A stretch of 64,000 nucleotides of DNA from Bacillales bacterium (GTDB taxonomy: Bacteria > Bacillota_I > Bacilli_A > RFN20 > CAG-826). Location of the stretch: the NCBI GenBank assembly GCA_052171195.1, contig JBQMZB010000001.1, positions 1,735 through 65,734 on the forward strand, given 5' to 3'. A program made the translations under genes and the position numbers. Below the pieces are notes generated by a model. The model ran no database searches, was not told the origin of the DNA, and worked only from the letters and a program-made list of their open reading frames with translations. Positions 27,295-36,723 of the stretch are shown here, piece by piece; within the stretch, counting starts at the first letter, position 1; the number at the start of each line of letters is the position of its first letter.

Positions 27295-28182
27295 TCAATC
27301 TATTGCAAAACCAAACAATCTAGAAATAAAGGATCTACCTTTTTTCATAGCTTTTTTATTATTATAAAGATTTATGAAATCTTGTTTAAGAGTGCTAACA
27401 TTTTGGTATCTTTCATATAAATCTTTAGAGGTAGCTTTTTTAATAATTGTCTCTACTTCTTTAGGAAGATCAGGAATAATTGTTAAAGGTGAAGCAATAG
27501 ATAAGTTCACCTGCATCCTTGCTATTTCTGTTGGATTATCTCCATCAAAAGGAACTCTTCCAGTGATTAATTCATAAAAAGTAATACCTAATGAATAAAT
27601 ATCAGATTGAAAAGTTGGAGTTTTACCTCTTATGATTTCAGGTGCTAAATATTGAGCAGTACCCATTACTTTTTTATTTTCATTAATGTTATATGAACTA
27701 TTAATTAAATATGAAATACCAAAATCTCCCAATTTTATATCTCCACTTGCGTTATAAAATATATTATTTGGTTTAATATCTCTATGAATTATATTTTTTG
27801 AATGTATAAAAATTAATGCATCACAAAGTTGAATCATTATTCTACATGATTCTTTAACAGTTAGTCTTCTTTTAAAATCCAAAACATCTCTTAAAGTTTG
27901 ACCTTTAACATATTCATTAACAATGTAAGGCAAACCTTTATAGGTATTATAATCATAAATTTTAATAATATTTGGATGATCTATAGCACTAGAAAACCTT
28001 GCTTCATTTTCAAATCTAATTAAGTTTTCTGCTTTATCAGAAAATTCTGTTTTAATTAATTTAATAGCTACATTTCTTTTAAAAATTATATCACGAGCTT
28101 CATATACATCACTCATTCCACCATGCCCTAAGATATTAAGAATTTTGTAACGTTCATTAATAATTTCATTTATATTAATCAT
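27295..28182 (-). CDS. prkC: Hanks-type Ser/Thr protein kinase, kinase domain only (no TM or PASTA)
   Basis: GHGGMSDVY, VAIK, HRDIKPNN, DFG, APE. 295 aa. Ends at a TGA stop. Confidence 0.85.
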   Translation of the reverse strand: MININEIINERYKILNILGHGGMSDVYEARDIIFKRNVAIKLIKTEFSDKAENLIRFENEARFSSAIDHPNIIKIYDYNTYKGLPYIVNEYVKGQTLRDVLDFKRRLTVKESCRIMIQLCDALIFIHSKNIIHRDIKPNNIFYNASGDIKLGDFGISYLINSSYNINENKKVMGTAQYLAPEIIRGKTPTFQSDIYSLGITFYELITGRVPFDGDNPTEIARMQVNLSIASPLTIIPDLPKEVETIIKKATSKDLYERYQNVSTLKQDFINLYNNKKAMKKGRSFISRLFGFAID

Positions 28183-28928
28183 TTAATAATCTCCCATAAT
28201 GCAAGAGATATATTGTCAGTTCCACCATTAAAGTTAGCAAGATTTAACAACGTCATAACCTTTTGTTCGCTTGATTGATTTGTTTTTAAAACATCTTCAA
28301 TATCCTTTTCAGTAACATTGTTATATAGTCCATCAGAACATAATAAAATTTCTTCTCCATCATAATCAAATACTTTAATATCTAATGAACAAGATGGATA
28401 TAAACCAACAGCGTTAGTTAAAATGTGTCTTTTTGGATGAGAAGCAACTTCTTCTTTTGTTATTTTCCCTGATTTGTATAAGTAATTAACATATGTTTGA
28501 TCTTCAGAATATCTTCTTAAAGTATAATTTTTTAAAGCGTAACATCTGCTATCTCCAGAGTTAACAACAATAATTTTATCTTTATGAATAACTGCTAAAA
28601 TCAAAGTTGTTCCCATTCCTTTAAACTTTAAATTATTATCACTTTTATTATAAATAGATAAATTTACTTTATTTATTGTTTTTTTGAGCCAATGAATTAT
28701 TGAAAATGTTGAAAAAAATCGATTTTTAAGAACAAATTCATCTTTTATATAATTTATTACTTCATGGGAAGCAAAATCACCTTTAAGATGTCCACCCATA
28801 CCATCTGCAACCATAAGTAAAATATCACCTTGACTATTAACAAGGATTTTACACTCATCTTCGTTTGTTAAACGAATTTTCCCAATGTCTTTGGTATAAA
28901 AATATGTGCCATTAAATCTTTTTTTCAT
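28179..28928 (-). CDS. prpC: PP2C-family Ser/Thr phosphatase
   Basis: NEDE, ADGMGGH, DGL, GGTDN motifs. Confidence 0.85.
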   Translation of the reverse strand: MKKRFNGTYFYTKDIGKIRLTNEDECKILVNSQGDILLMVADGMGGHLKGDFASHEVINYIKDEFVLKNRFFSTFSIIHWLKKTINKVNLSIYNKSDNNLKFKGMGTTLILAVIHKDKIIVVNSGDSRCYALKNYTLRRYSEDQTYVNYLYKSGKITKEEVASHPKRHILTNAVGLYPSCSLDIKVFDYDGEEILLCSDGLYNNVTEKDIEDVLKTNQSSEQKVMTLLNLANFNGGTDNISLALWEIIK

Positions 28929-29955
28929 TTTTAGCTCTCAATTGTCCGCAAGCAGCGTCAATATCTGTTCCGAACTCTTTCCTAATTGTACAATTTATTC
29001 CTAAATTATTCAAAGTATTGAAAAAAGCTCTTATAGTTTTATCACTACTTCTATTATATTGTAATTCTTTTATAGGATTAAAGGGAATTAAATTTACATA
29101 AGCTTTAGTTCCTCTTATTAATTTTGCTAATTCTTTTGCGTTTTCTAATGAATCATTTACATCTTTTAATAAAATGTATTCAAAAGTAACTCTCCTATCA
29201 GCAACTTTTTCATAATATTTTACAGCTTCCATTAATTTATCCATTGGATATTTTCTTGAAATAGGCATAATTTTGTTTCTGATTTCATCATTTGGTGCAT
29301 GAAGAGAGATAGCTAAATTAATTTGTAATCCTTCTTCTGCATAATCATAAATTTTTTCAACCAAACCACATGTAGAGACAGTAATATGTCTTGCACCAAT
29401 CGCTAATCCGTGAGGATGATTAATTATTCTTATAAAATCCATAACGTTTTCATAATTATCAAAAGGTTCACCTGTACCCATCACAACAACATGAGTTATT
29501 CTTTCATTATTACCTTCTTCTTTTAAAATATCATTTAAAACAAGAATTTGACCTAATATTTCACCAGGTTCTAAATTTCTTTTCTTTTTTAATAAACCAG
29601 AGGCGCAAAAAGAACATGACATATTACAACCAACTTGGCTTGTAACGCAGGCTACATTACCATATTTATATCTCATTAATACAGTTTCGACTTTATTTTT
29701 ATCTTCAAGTTCTAATAATAATTTAACCGTACCATCTAAAGATTTTTGGTATGTAAAAATTGAAGGTTTATAAAAATAATATTTTGTTTTTAAAACTTCT
29801 CTAAATTTTATAGAAACATCACTCATTACATCAAAATCTAAAGCATTTTTTTCATAAATCCATTTAAAAAGTTGTGTTGCTCTAAATTTCTTTTGATCTA
29901 ACTCTAACATTTCCTTTTCTAATTTTTCTAACGAGAAATTATAAATATTATTCAT
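28912..29955 (-). CDS. rlmN: 23S rRNA/tRNA (adenine-C2)-methyltransferase RlmN (radical SAM)
   Basis: CVTSQVGCNMSCSFCASG radical-SAM cluster motif and a C-terminal catalytic Cys (AACGQL). Confidence 0.9.
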   Translation of the reverse strand: MNNIYNFSLEKLEKEMLELDQKKFRATQLFKWIYEKNALDFDVMSDVSIKFREVLKTKYYFYKPSIFTYQKSLDGTVKLLLELEDKNKVETVLMRYKYGNVACVTSQVGCNMSCSFCASGLLKKKRNLEPGEILGQILVLNDILKEEGNNERITHVVVMGTGEPFDNYENVMDFIRIINHPHGLAIGARHITVSTCGLVEKIYDYAEEGLQINLAISLHAPNDEIRNKIMPISRKYPMDKLMEAVKYYEKVADRRVTFEYILLKDVNDSLENAKELAKLIRGTKAYVNLIPFNPIKELQYNRSSDKTIRAFFNTLNNLGINCTIRKEFGTDIDAACGQLRAKNEKKI

Positions 29956-31189
29956 TATTAACCTTCCTTAAAATAGAATAATAAAGAAAATCTTCATTTT
30001 TACTTATATCTAATTTAACTTGTTTATCTAAAATAAAATCTTTATTTTTTTCTAAAAATTTATTAATAATATTAATATTTTCTTTTTTATTAATACTTTC
30101 ATTTAAAAAGATTAAGTAACCTTTATCTTCTACATATTTAGATAAAAACTCTAAATTATTATAATTATGTTCTAAAAGATTATCGTAATTATTTTCATCA
30201 AAATTAATTCTATATTCAGGATATGTTAAAAATTTATTTAAATTAAAAGATTTTGGGTAATAGAAAATATAATTCTGTTTAAATGAGATTTTAGATATAA
30301 TTTCACTTGAATTAAAATTATAGACTTTTAAATTTTCGATGTTAGATTTTTCTTTAAATTTTAAAATATTTATATTTTCTTCAAGGTTTGGAGAAGAAAA
30401 TATAAATTCATTTTGTTTCTTATAATAATAATTAAATATATCTAAAGCCAAATTAGATTCTTGTTCTTGATAAATGGTTATGTACTTATTAAAAATATTA
30501 CCTAAATCTGATAATAAATTATTAAATGATTTATTAGTTAAATAAAATATATCACTTCTTTCTTCTTTATTTTTATCAATAATATAGTAATAATTATCAT
30601 CTTTTTTATAATTATTTTCATCTTCATTATAAATGGAATTTAAAATATAATTTTTAGAAAAAATTTCCTTTTTATAACTAATATGTTTTATTAATTTTAA
30701 AAATTCTTTAGTTTTTTCTAAATCATTTTGTCTAAAAATCATTTTAATAAACCATATTGGTAAATTAAAAATAACTGATAGATAATTTAAACTTGTTTTT
30801 TCAATATTTTTAAATTCATAATTATAACTATTAGAAATATCTAATAATAAATTTTCTAATTCGTTATTATATTTTTGTTTATTTTTTTTAAAATTTAACT
30901 CTAAAAAATTAAAAATGTTTTTTTGTTCAAATACTTTTTGATTTAATAAAATTACAGAAATACCCAAACTAGAAACTAAAATAGGAGTATTTTGTTCACA
31001 TAAATCTTTAGATAAGTATTTAAAAAAATAATATTTATTAAAAAATATATCAATAATGTTTCGACAAATATTAAGTTCTTTATCAGTGTAATTTTCATTA
31101 TTAAAATATTTATAAAAAGTATCTTTTAAAGACTTTTTATTTTCTAAAACATCTAATATAACATTTTGTAAAAGATTGATTCTTTCCAT
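29948..31189 (-). CDS. RsmB/Sun-like protein with degenerate methyltransferase motifs (probable non-catalytic homologue)
   Basis: Sits in the rsmB slot of the conserved rsmB-rlmN-prpC-prkC cluster. NusB-like N-terminus and FNLPIWFIKMI (vs S.P.WL). All SAM and catalytic motifs are replaced (see findings). Confidence 0.5.
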   Translation of the reverse strand: MERINLLQNVILDVLENKKSLKDTFYKYFNNENYTDKELNICRNIIDIFFNKYYFFKYLSKDLCEQNTPILVSSLGISVILLNQKVFEQKNIFNFLELNFKKNKQKYNNELENLLLDISNSYNYEFKNIEKTSLNYLSVIFNLPIWFIKMIFRQNDLEKTKEFLKLIKHISYKKEIFSKNYILNSIYNEDENNYKKDDNYYYIIDKNKEERSDIFYLTNKSFNNLLSDLGNIFNKYITIYQEQESNLALDIFNYYYKKQNEFIFSSPNLEENINILKFKEKSNIENLKVYNFNSSEIISKISFKQNYIFYYPKSFNLNKFLTYPEYRINFDENNYDNLLEHNYNNLEFLSKYVEDKGYLIFLNESINKKENINIINKFLEKNKDFILDKQVKLDISKNEDFLYYSILRKVNNE

Positions 31190-31190
31190 T

Positions 31191-31691
31191 TTATTCCTTT
31201 ATGTGTTTATTGAATTCTTCAAAAATATCACCTAAATAAGCTTCTTCTTCATTATCATGATTTGAATCATCACAATGTTTACAATGACAATTATCGTCAT
31301 GACATTCACAACATTCTTCATTTTCTTCTATTTCAATTGCGTTTGTATCATCAATAAATAAAGGGTGATCTGGGCACACATATTGATGAATATTATCATG
31401 TGAATAATAGTTAAAAACAATTGTTACATGAACAGAATATCTTTTAAAATAATGAATAAGTAAATCATAAGCTTTTTCTTCTAATACACTTACTTTTTTA
31501 GGCGCTAAAACTTCTACATAACAATTCCATGAATTTTGTTCATTTCCTTTGTGAATAATAAATCCTTCAGGAGCAAAAAAACTAATATTTTTTTCACTAC
31601 ATTCATAAACATCCGCTAATTTATTAGTTATGATTTTAGAAATATCAAGAGTTGAGTATGGATCAATTCCATAAGTTTTAATAAATATCAT
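31191..31691 (-). CDS. Hypothetical protein with a C-terminal Cys/His/acidic cluster
   Basis: 166 aa, globular N-terminal ~110 aa, then ENEECCECHDDNCHCKHCDDSNHDNEEE. Confidence 0.5.
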   Translation of the reverse strand: MIFIKTYGIDPYSTLDISKIITNKLADVYECSEKNISFFAPEGFIIHKGNEQNSWNCYVEVLAPKKVSVLEEKAYDLLIHYFKRYSVHVTIVFNYYSHDNIHQYVCPDHPLFIDDTNAIEIEENEECCECHDDNCHCKHCDDSNHDNEEEAYLGDIFEEFNKHIKE

Positions 31692-31700
31692 TTTATCCTC

Positions 31701-32312
31701 CTATAATTGGTGATTTTTAATTATTGAAATAATTTCATTTGCAGCACGATTTACATCGTCATTTAATACAGAATATTGATAATTTTTTTCTAATAATAAT
31801 TCTTTTTTTGCTTTAGATAATCTTTGATGAATAACTTCTTCACTTTCGCTTCTTCTTCCTCTTATTCTTTTTTCAAGTTCTTGAAGGTCACAACATTTTA
31901 AAAATATAGATATATAACCATAATCTTTATAGATATCCATAACCTGTTGTGCTCCAAAAGTTTCAATTTCTAACAATACATTTTTACCTTCATTAAGTAA
32001 TTGATCAACATAACATTTAGGTGTCCCATAGTAATTATTAACAAAGATTGCATGCTCTAGTAATTCATTCTTTGAAATAGCTTCATTAAATCTTTCTTTA
32101 CTGACGAAGAAATAATCAACTCCATCAATTTCACCTAATCTAGGCTTCCTTGTTGTCATTGATATAGAATAATTCAAATTTAGTTCTTTATCTTGCATTA
32201 ATATGGCTTTAACAGTACCTTTTCCAACACCGCTTGGTCCACTTAAAATAATCAATAATCCTTTTTTCATATTGTTAAAATTATAGATATTTTTAAGCAT
32301 TTTTTCAACCAA
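31701..32312 (-). CDS. gmk: Guanylate kinase
   Basis: P-loop LSGPSGVGKGT, TTRKPR, YYGT. Confidence 0.9.
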   Translation of the reverse strand: MVEKMLKNIYNFNNMKKGLLIILSGPSGVGKGTVKAILMQDKELNLNYSISMTTRKPRLGEIDGVDYFFVSKERFNEAISKNELLEHAIFVNNYYGTPKCYVDQLLNEGKNVLLEIETFGAQQVMDIYKDYGYISIFLKCCDLQELEKRIRGRRSESEEVIHQRLSKAKKELLLEKNYQYSVLNDDVNRAANEIISIIKNHQL

Positions 32313-32380
32313 ATGTAATTAATATATATAAATATTTTAATTATATTAATAGATAATTATAAAAGTACTATAATGTTATT

Positions 32381-33778
32381 ATGTTATTTAATGAATTCTT
32401 GATAAATATAGAAAAAAAGGTTAATGAATTATTTATAAATAGTTACTTAAATAAAATAAAACAAATTACTAATAACGATTTTTTATTAACTTTTTCAAAA
32501 AATAAAAATATTCATTTATTAATTTCTTTAAATCCAAAGAAACCTTTCATTAACACAATAGACTATAATATTACTAATAACAATAATTCTGTTTTTATAA
32601 ATCAAATAAAATGCAAACTTAATAATGCTTGCTTAAAAGACGCTAAAATTTTAAACGAAGATAATGTTTTTTCATTAAAGTTTGTTAAAACTAACGATAA
32701 ATATGAGTTAGAAACATTTCATTTAATATGTGAGTTATTTTCTAACAATCCTAATTTGTTACTAATTTCTAATAATAAAATTTTATTTGCGTATAAATTA
32801 AAAAGTCTTGATTCTAAAAGACCTATTCTTATAAATTTATCATATTGTCTTCCTGAAAAAAATGAATATTTTAAATTAAATAAACCTTTAGATACTGATT
32901 TTATTTCAAATTATTCTTCTAGTTTAAACACTTTATATTTAAAAGAAAAATATGGATATCTAATAAATTATATAAAAAGTAAAAATAAACATCTTATTAA
33001 AAAGTTAGATATTTTAAACAATGAATATAATAACTCAGTTGAAAAATTAAAATTTAAAGAATATGGTGATTATTTAAAAATATATTTTAATAAAATTAAA
33101 AAAGGTGATAACTGCATATATATTGAAGAGATAGATAAAAATATTGAATTAAATCCAAATTTTTCCCCTTCTAAAAACTTAGAATATTTTTATAAAATGT
33201 ATAAAAAAGCAAAAACTAGTTTAGATATAATAAATAACACTATTGAAGATACAAATAATTTAATATTGTATTTATCACATATTTTAGATACATCTTTTTT
33301 ATATAATGAAGAAGATTATATTGATTTAATCAATGAATTACAAGATAAAAAAATATTAAAATTTAGCCTTAATAAAAAAATAGATACCTTAAACAAAGGG
33401 AAAAATAAAAATAAACCTTATTATATTTATTATAAAGATTTAAGAATAGGTTATGGTAAAAATGCTAGCCAAAATAATGAATTATCATTTAAAATAGCTA
33501 ACAAAAATAACTATTATTTCCATTTAGCTAATTGTTCATCTTCTCACATTGTTGCTTTTAAAGATGAACTTTCTAATGATGAATTACAGTTTATAATAGA
33601 ATTATGTTTGTTTTTAAACAATAAAAAAGATGGAGATATATACGTTAGTAAAATTAAGGATATTAAAAAAGGTAAATTTCTTGGTCAAGTATTTTTAAAT
33701 AAGTATGAAACTTATCATGAAAATAAAATAACAAATAATTTTAGTGATTACATTAAAAATGAGAAAAGATTTAATTAA
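32381..33778 (+). CDS. rqcH: NFACT-family ribosome quality-control protein (RqcH/FbpA-like)
   Basis: NFACT-N-like N-terminus and NFACT-R/DUF814 block GKNASQNNELSFKIANKNNYYFHLANCSSSHIV. 465 aa. Confidence 0.7.
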   Translation: MLFNEFLINIEKKVNELFINSYLNKIKQITNNDFLLTFSKNKNIHLLISLNPKKPFINTIDYNITNNNNSVFINQIKCKLNNACLKDAKILNEDNVFSLKFVKTNDKYELETFHLICELFSNNPNLLLISNNKILFAYKLKSLDSKRPILINLSYCLPEKNEYFKLNKPLDTDFISNYSSSLNTLYLKEKYGYLINYIKSKNKHLIKKLDILNNEYNNSVEKLKFKEYGDYLKIYFNKIKKGDNCIYIEEIDKNIELNPNFSPSKNLEYFYKMYKKAKTSLDIINNTIEDTNNLILYLSHILDTSFLYNEEDYIDLINELQDKKILKFSLNKKIDTLNKGKNKNKPYYIYYKDLRIGYGKNASQNNELSFKIANKNNYYFHLANCSSSHIVAFKDELSNDELQFIIELCLFLNNKKDGDIYVSKIKDIKKGKFLGQVFLNKYETYHENKITNNFSDYIKNEKRFN

Positions 33779-34277
33779 GAAAATCTTCTCCTTTGATAAT
33801 TTCACTAGTCGCTAAATTAAAAAAATTTTGTTGTCTTAAAACTTCATAAATCATAATAGCAACACAGTTAGATAAATTAAGACTTCTAGCGCATGGTGCC
33901 ATTGGTATCCTTAAAGTATATTCATAATTTTCTTTTAAAATCTCATGAGGAATACCGCTTGATTCTCTACCAAACATAATATATATTTCATCACTTATAT
34001 TCTGAAAATCTGCTTTACTATATATATTTTTTGAATATCTAGTTAAATAATAAATTTTCTTATCTTTAAAATATCTTATAAAAGTTTCATAATTTTCATA
34101 AATTTTAAAATCTAATTCATTTATATAATCCATCCCCGCTCTTTTTAAACTAGAATCATCCAATTTAAAAGTTAATGGTCCGATAATTATTAATTTGGTA
34201 TTTGTAGCTACACAACTTCTCATGATATTACCTACATTTGCAGGTTTTTCTGGTCTATATAAAATAATGCCTAACAT
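33771..34277 (-). CDS. trmL: tRNA (cytidine/uridine34-2'-O)-methyltransferase, SpoU/TrmL family
   Basis: LYRPEKPANVGNIMRSC, FGRESSGIP, IPM..CARSLNLSN knot motifs, 168 aa. Confidence 0.85.
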   Translation of the reverse strand: MLGIILYRPEKPANVGNIMRSCVATNTKLIIIGPLTFKLDDSSLKRAGMDYINELDFKIYENYETFIRYFKDKKIYYLTRYSKNIYSKADFQNISDEIYIMFGRESSGIPHEILKENYEYTLRIPMAPCARSLNLSNCVAIMIYEVLRQQNFFNLATSEIIKGEDFLN

Positions 34278-34318
34278 CTTAACTTTTACCTATTTATTTA
34301 ATATAATAATTATATTAT

Positions 34319-35161
34319 ATGAAAAACAAGATTAAAACTATTTTTGAAAATTCATTAAATAAAAGAGTTTATTCCATAGAGGAAATAAATGATGGTTTTA
34401 ATAATAAAAATTTCCTTGTTAATAATGCGTATGTAGTTAAAATCCCTCTAGAATATAAAGACCCTACTTTATCATTTCCAAAAGAAAAATATATTTATGA
34501 TAAAATTAAAGAATTAAAATTAAGTGAAGATATTGTTTATTTTGATGTATATAATGGCATTAGAATTTCAAAATTTATACATCATACAAAAAAATATAAC
34601 ATTACACCTATGAATTATGAAATTTTGTTAGTTAGTAAGAAACTTAAAAAATTACATAATTCAAAAATTGTTGTCCCTTTTGGATATATGATGTTTAAAA
34701 AATTAAAAGATTATAAAAAAGAGGTCGATCAATTATATTATATTAATGATAAATACGAGCAAAAAATAATTAAAGAAACTCAAAGAATTTTTTCTACAGT
34801 TCCATTATGTTTATGTCATAACGATTTAGTGCATAATAATTTATTATTCAGACATGATGATTTATTTATTATCGATTGGGAAAATGGAGCAATGAATAAT
34901 CCATATTTTGACTTAGCCTCTTTTATAAGTGAAAATAATTTAAGTCTTGAGCAAAAAGAATTATTTTTAAGTAAATATTTTGGATATAAATATAACAATA
35001 TTAAACGTAAAAGAGTTGATATATTTATAAAGTATTTAGATATTCTATTTTATTACTGGGCTATGCACTTCCTTAAAAAAAGAAAAGACAATATATATAA
35101 ATTAATTGCAGAAGATAAATATAAAAGAATATTAATTAGTCAAGAAACCAATAAATTATAA
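34319..35161 (+). CDS. Choline/ethanolamine-kinase-family phosphotransferase (LicA/APH fold)
   Basis: Brenner-type catalytic motif LCHNDLVHNNLL and IIDWENGAMNNPYFDLA. Confidence 0.65.
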   Translation: MKNKIKTIFENSLNKRVYSIEEINDGFNNKNFLVNNAYVVKIPLEYKDPTLSFPKEKYIYDKIKELKLSEDIVYFDVYNGIRISKFIHHTKKYNITPMNYEILLVSKKLKKLHNSKIVVPFGYMMFKKLKDYKKEVDQLYYINDKYEQKIIKETQRIFSTVPLCLCHNDLVHNNLLFRHDDLFIIDWENGAMNNPYFDLASFISENNLSLEQKELFLSKYFGYKYNNIKRKRVDIFIKYLDILFYYWAMHFLKKRKDNIYKLIAEDKYKRILISQETNKL

Positions 35162-35206
35162 TAAAAAAATGAATTACTTGCAGTAATTCATTTATTTTCA
35201 TTAAAA

Positions 35207-35902
35207 CTATTTTTCTAATTCTTCAATAGTCCAAGTTTTATAAACATTTCCAACTAAATCAATTCCTGGTTTTAAAGTAGTTTTACCTGGAACCCATCCT
35301 GCCGGGGTGACTTCACTTGGGTTTTCTCTAACATATTGATATGCTTTAATTTGTCTTAAAGCTTCATTGGCGTTTCTTCCAACTGGAGGAGTTAAAATTT
35401 CCATAGCTTGAATAACTCCATCTGGATCAATTAAGAATCTTCCACGGACATCTACTCCGGAAGTTCCATCATAAACTCCGTATAAAGAACCAATGACTCC
35501 ACCAGTATCACTTACCATTGGGAATGGTATATCTCTTTTAGCAATAATTTTTAATTCATTATCATTCCAAATTTTATGAACGAATTGTGAATCTACTGAA
35601 ACACTAATAATCTCTGTATTTAATTTTTGGAATTCTTCGTATTTAGATGCAATAGTGGAAACTTCTGTACCACATACAAAAGTAAAATCGCCAGGGTAGA
35701 AGCAAAGCATTACCCATTTTCCTCTAAATTCTTTTAAATCAACCATCTTAAATTCGCCATTATGATAAGCAGCAGCTTTAAATAATGGAGCTTCATTTCC
35801 AACTAAAATCATATTTTTTATTTCCTCCTTGTTTTCTAATATTAATTCTTCCTTGACTTCTTCTAAAGCAGTCTCGGTTTTTGGACGGTCACAATAACTC
35901 AT
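35207..35902 (-). CDS. Peroxiredoxin (AhpC/Prx1 type) with an N-terminal extension and without the canonical resolving Cys
   Basis: Peroxidatic motif DFTFVCGTE. The C-terminal EVCPA is replaced by EVTPAGW. Both ATG 35902 (SD AAAGGAG) and an internal ATG at 35812 (SD AAGGAGG) are plausible starts. Confidence 0.85.
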   Translation of the reverse strand: MSYCDRPKTETALEEVKEELILENKEEIKNMILVGNEAPLFKAAAYHNGEFKMVDLKEFRGKWVMLCFYPGDFTFVCGTEVSTIASKYEEFQKLNTEIISVSVDSQFVHKIWNDNELKIIAKRDIPFPMVSDTGGVIGSLYGVYDGTSGVDVRGRFLIDPDGVIQAMEILTPPVGRNANEALRQIKAYQYVRENPSEVTPAGWVPGKTTLKPGIDLVGNVYKTWTIEELEK

Positions 35903-35987
35903 TGTTATCTCCTTTCATTACAAAAATTTATTATAATACCTAAATTTTAATTAAATAAAAAACGAAGTCAAAAAATATGCTTTAAAA

Positions 35988-36473
35988 TTACATCTCGATA
36001 AATTCAACTTTTTTATTACAACAATCAACAAACTTTAAAAATTCTTTAATGGTTAAAGCTATTGACTCATCAACAACGCTAGCTGAAAAAATCAAGAAAT
36101 CACACTCTAATAAATCTTTATCGAAAAAATAATGTATGTTATCGCCCGTAAAAATCATTGTTAGAGGATTAACGCAACCTGGTTCAAGATGTAAAACTTC
36201 ATCTAGACCTTCTTTTGAAACAAAAGATGTTCTACTAGTAAAACCTATTTTTTCTTTTAAAGATTTTAAATCTATTTTCTTCATGCCTAAAGTTACTATA
36301 TGATAATATTGTTTTGTTTTCTTATCTATTAAAAATAAATTTTTACAATGCTCTCCTGGTATGTTACTAGTATAGGCATATGAGTCATCCATAGTTAATA
36401 AGGCATGATGTTCGAAAAAATCATACACAATATTGTTTTTATTTAAAAATTCTTCAATTAATTTGTTTTTCAT
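35988..36473 (-). CDS. YbaK/ProX-type aminoacyl-tRNA editing (deacylase) domain protein
   Basis: 161 aa, CKNLFL and LHLEPGCVNPL patterns typical of the YbaK/ProRS-associated domain. Confidence 0.65.
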   Translation of the reverse strand: MKNKLIEEFLNKNNIVYDFFEHHALLTMDDSYAYTSNIPGEHCKNLFLIDKKTKQYYHIVTLGMKKIDLKSLKEKIGFTSRTSFVSKEGLDEVLHLEPGCVNPLTMIFTGDNIHYFFDKDLLECDFLIFSASVVDESIALTIKEFLKFVDCCNKKVEFIEM

Positions 36474-36526
36474 AATTTCTCCATTCGATATAATATATTA
36501 TAACTTTAATTTAATTTCTAATTATA

Positions 36527-36557
36527 AAAAAATAAAAATAACTACCGAAGTAGTTAT
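36527..36557 (-). terminator. Rho-independent terminator after tRNA-Leu
   Basis: ATAACTAC-CGAA-GTAGTTAT followed by a T-run on the minus strand. Confidence 0.75.
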
Positions 36558-36571
36558 CAATATAATAAATA

Positions 36572-36656
36572 TGGTGCTCGATACAGGAATCGAACCTGCA
36601 TGAGTCTCCTCAAAGGATTCTAAGTCCTTCGCGTCTACCAATTCCGCCAATCGAGC
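36572..36656 (-). tRNA. tRNA-Leu (TAG)
   Basis: Acceptor GCTCGAT/ATCGAGC, TGGCGGAATTGGTAGACGC D-arm, anticodon loop CTTAGAA, long variable arm, discriminator A, encoded CCA. Confidence 0.9.
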
Positions 36657-36723
36657 ACTAAAAGACTTTAAAAGTCTAATAGAATTATAATATTAAATGA
36701 ATATAAAATCTATAAAATTAAAT

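Noticed and set aside
27283-27297. The prkC TGA stop is in frame with the rpe ATG 9 nt downstream, which raised the idea of a TGA=Trp readthrough fusion.
   Set aside because: All other evidence supports the standard code: TGG is used for Trp, tRNA-Trp has CCA, and ORFs are intact under table 11. Kinase-epimerase fusions are not known. The in-frame arrangement is most likely a coincidence of tight packing.
32381-33778. RqcH/NFACT protein is shorter (465 aa) than the ~570 aa Bacillus protein, suggesting possible truncation or a pseudogene.
   Set aside because: The ORF is continuous with recognisable NFACT-N and NFACT-R (DUF814) blocks. The shorter middle coiled-coil region is compatible with lineage-specific reduction, so there is no evidence of decay.
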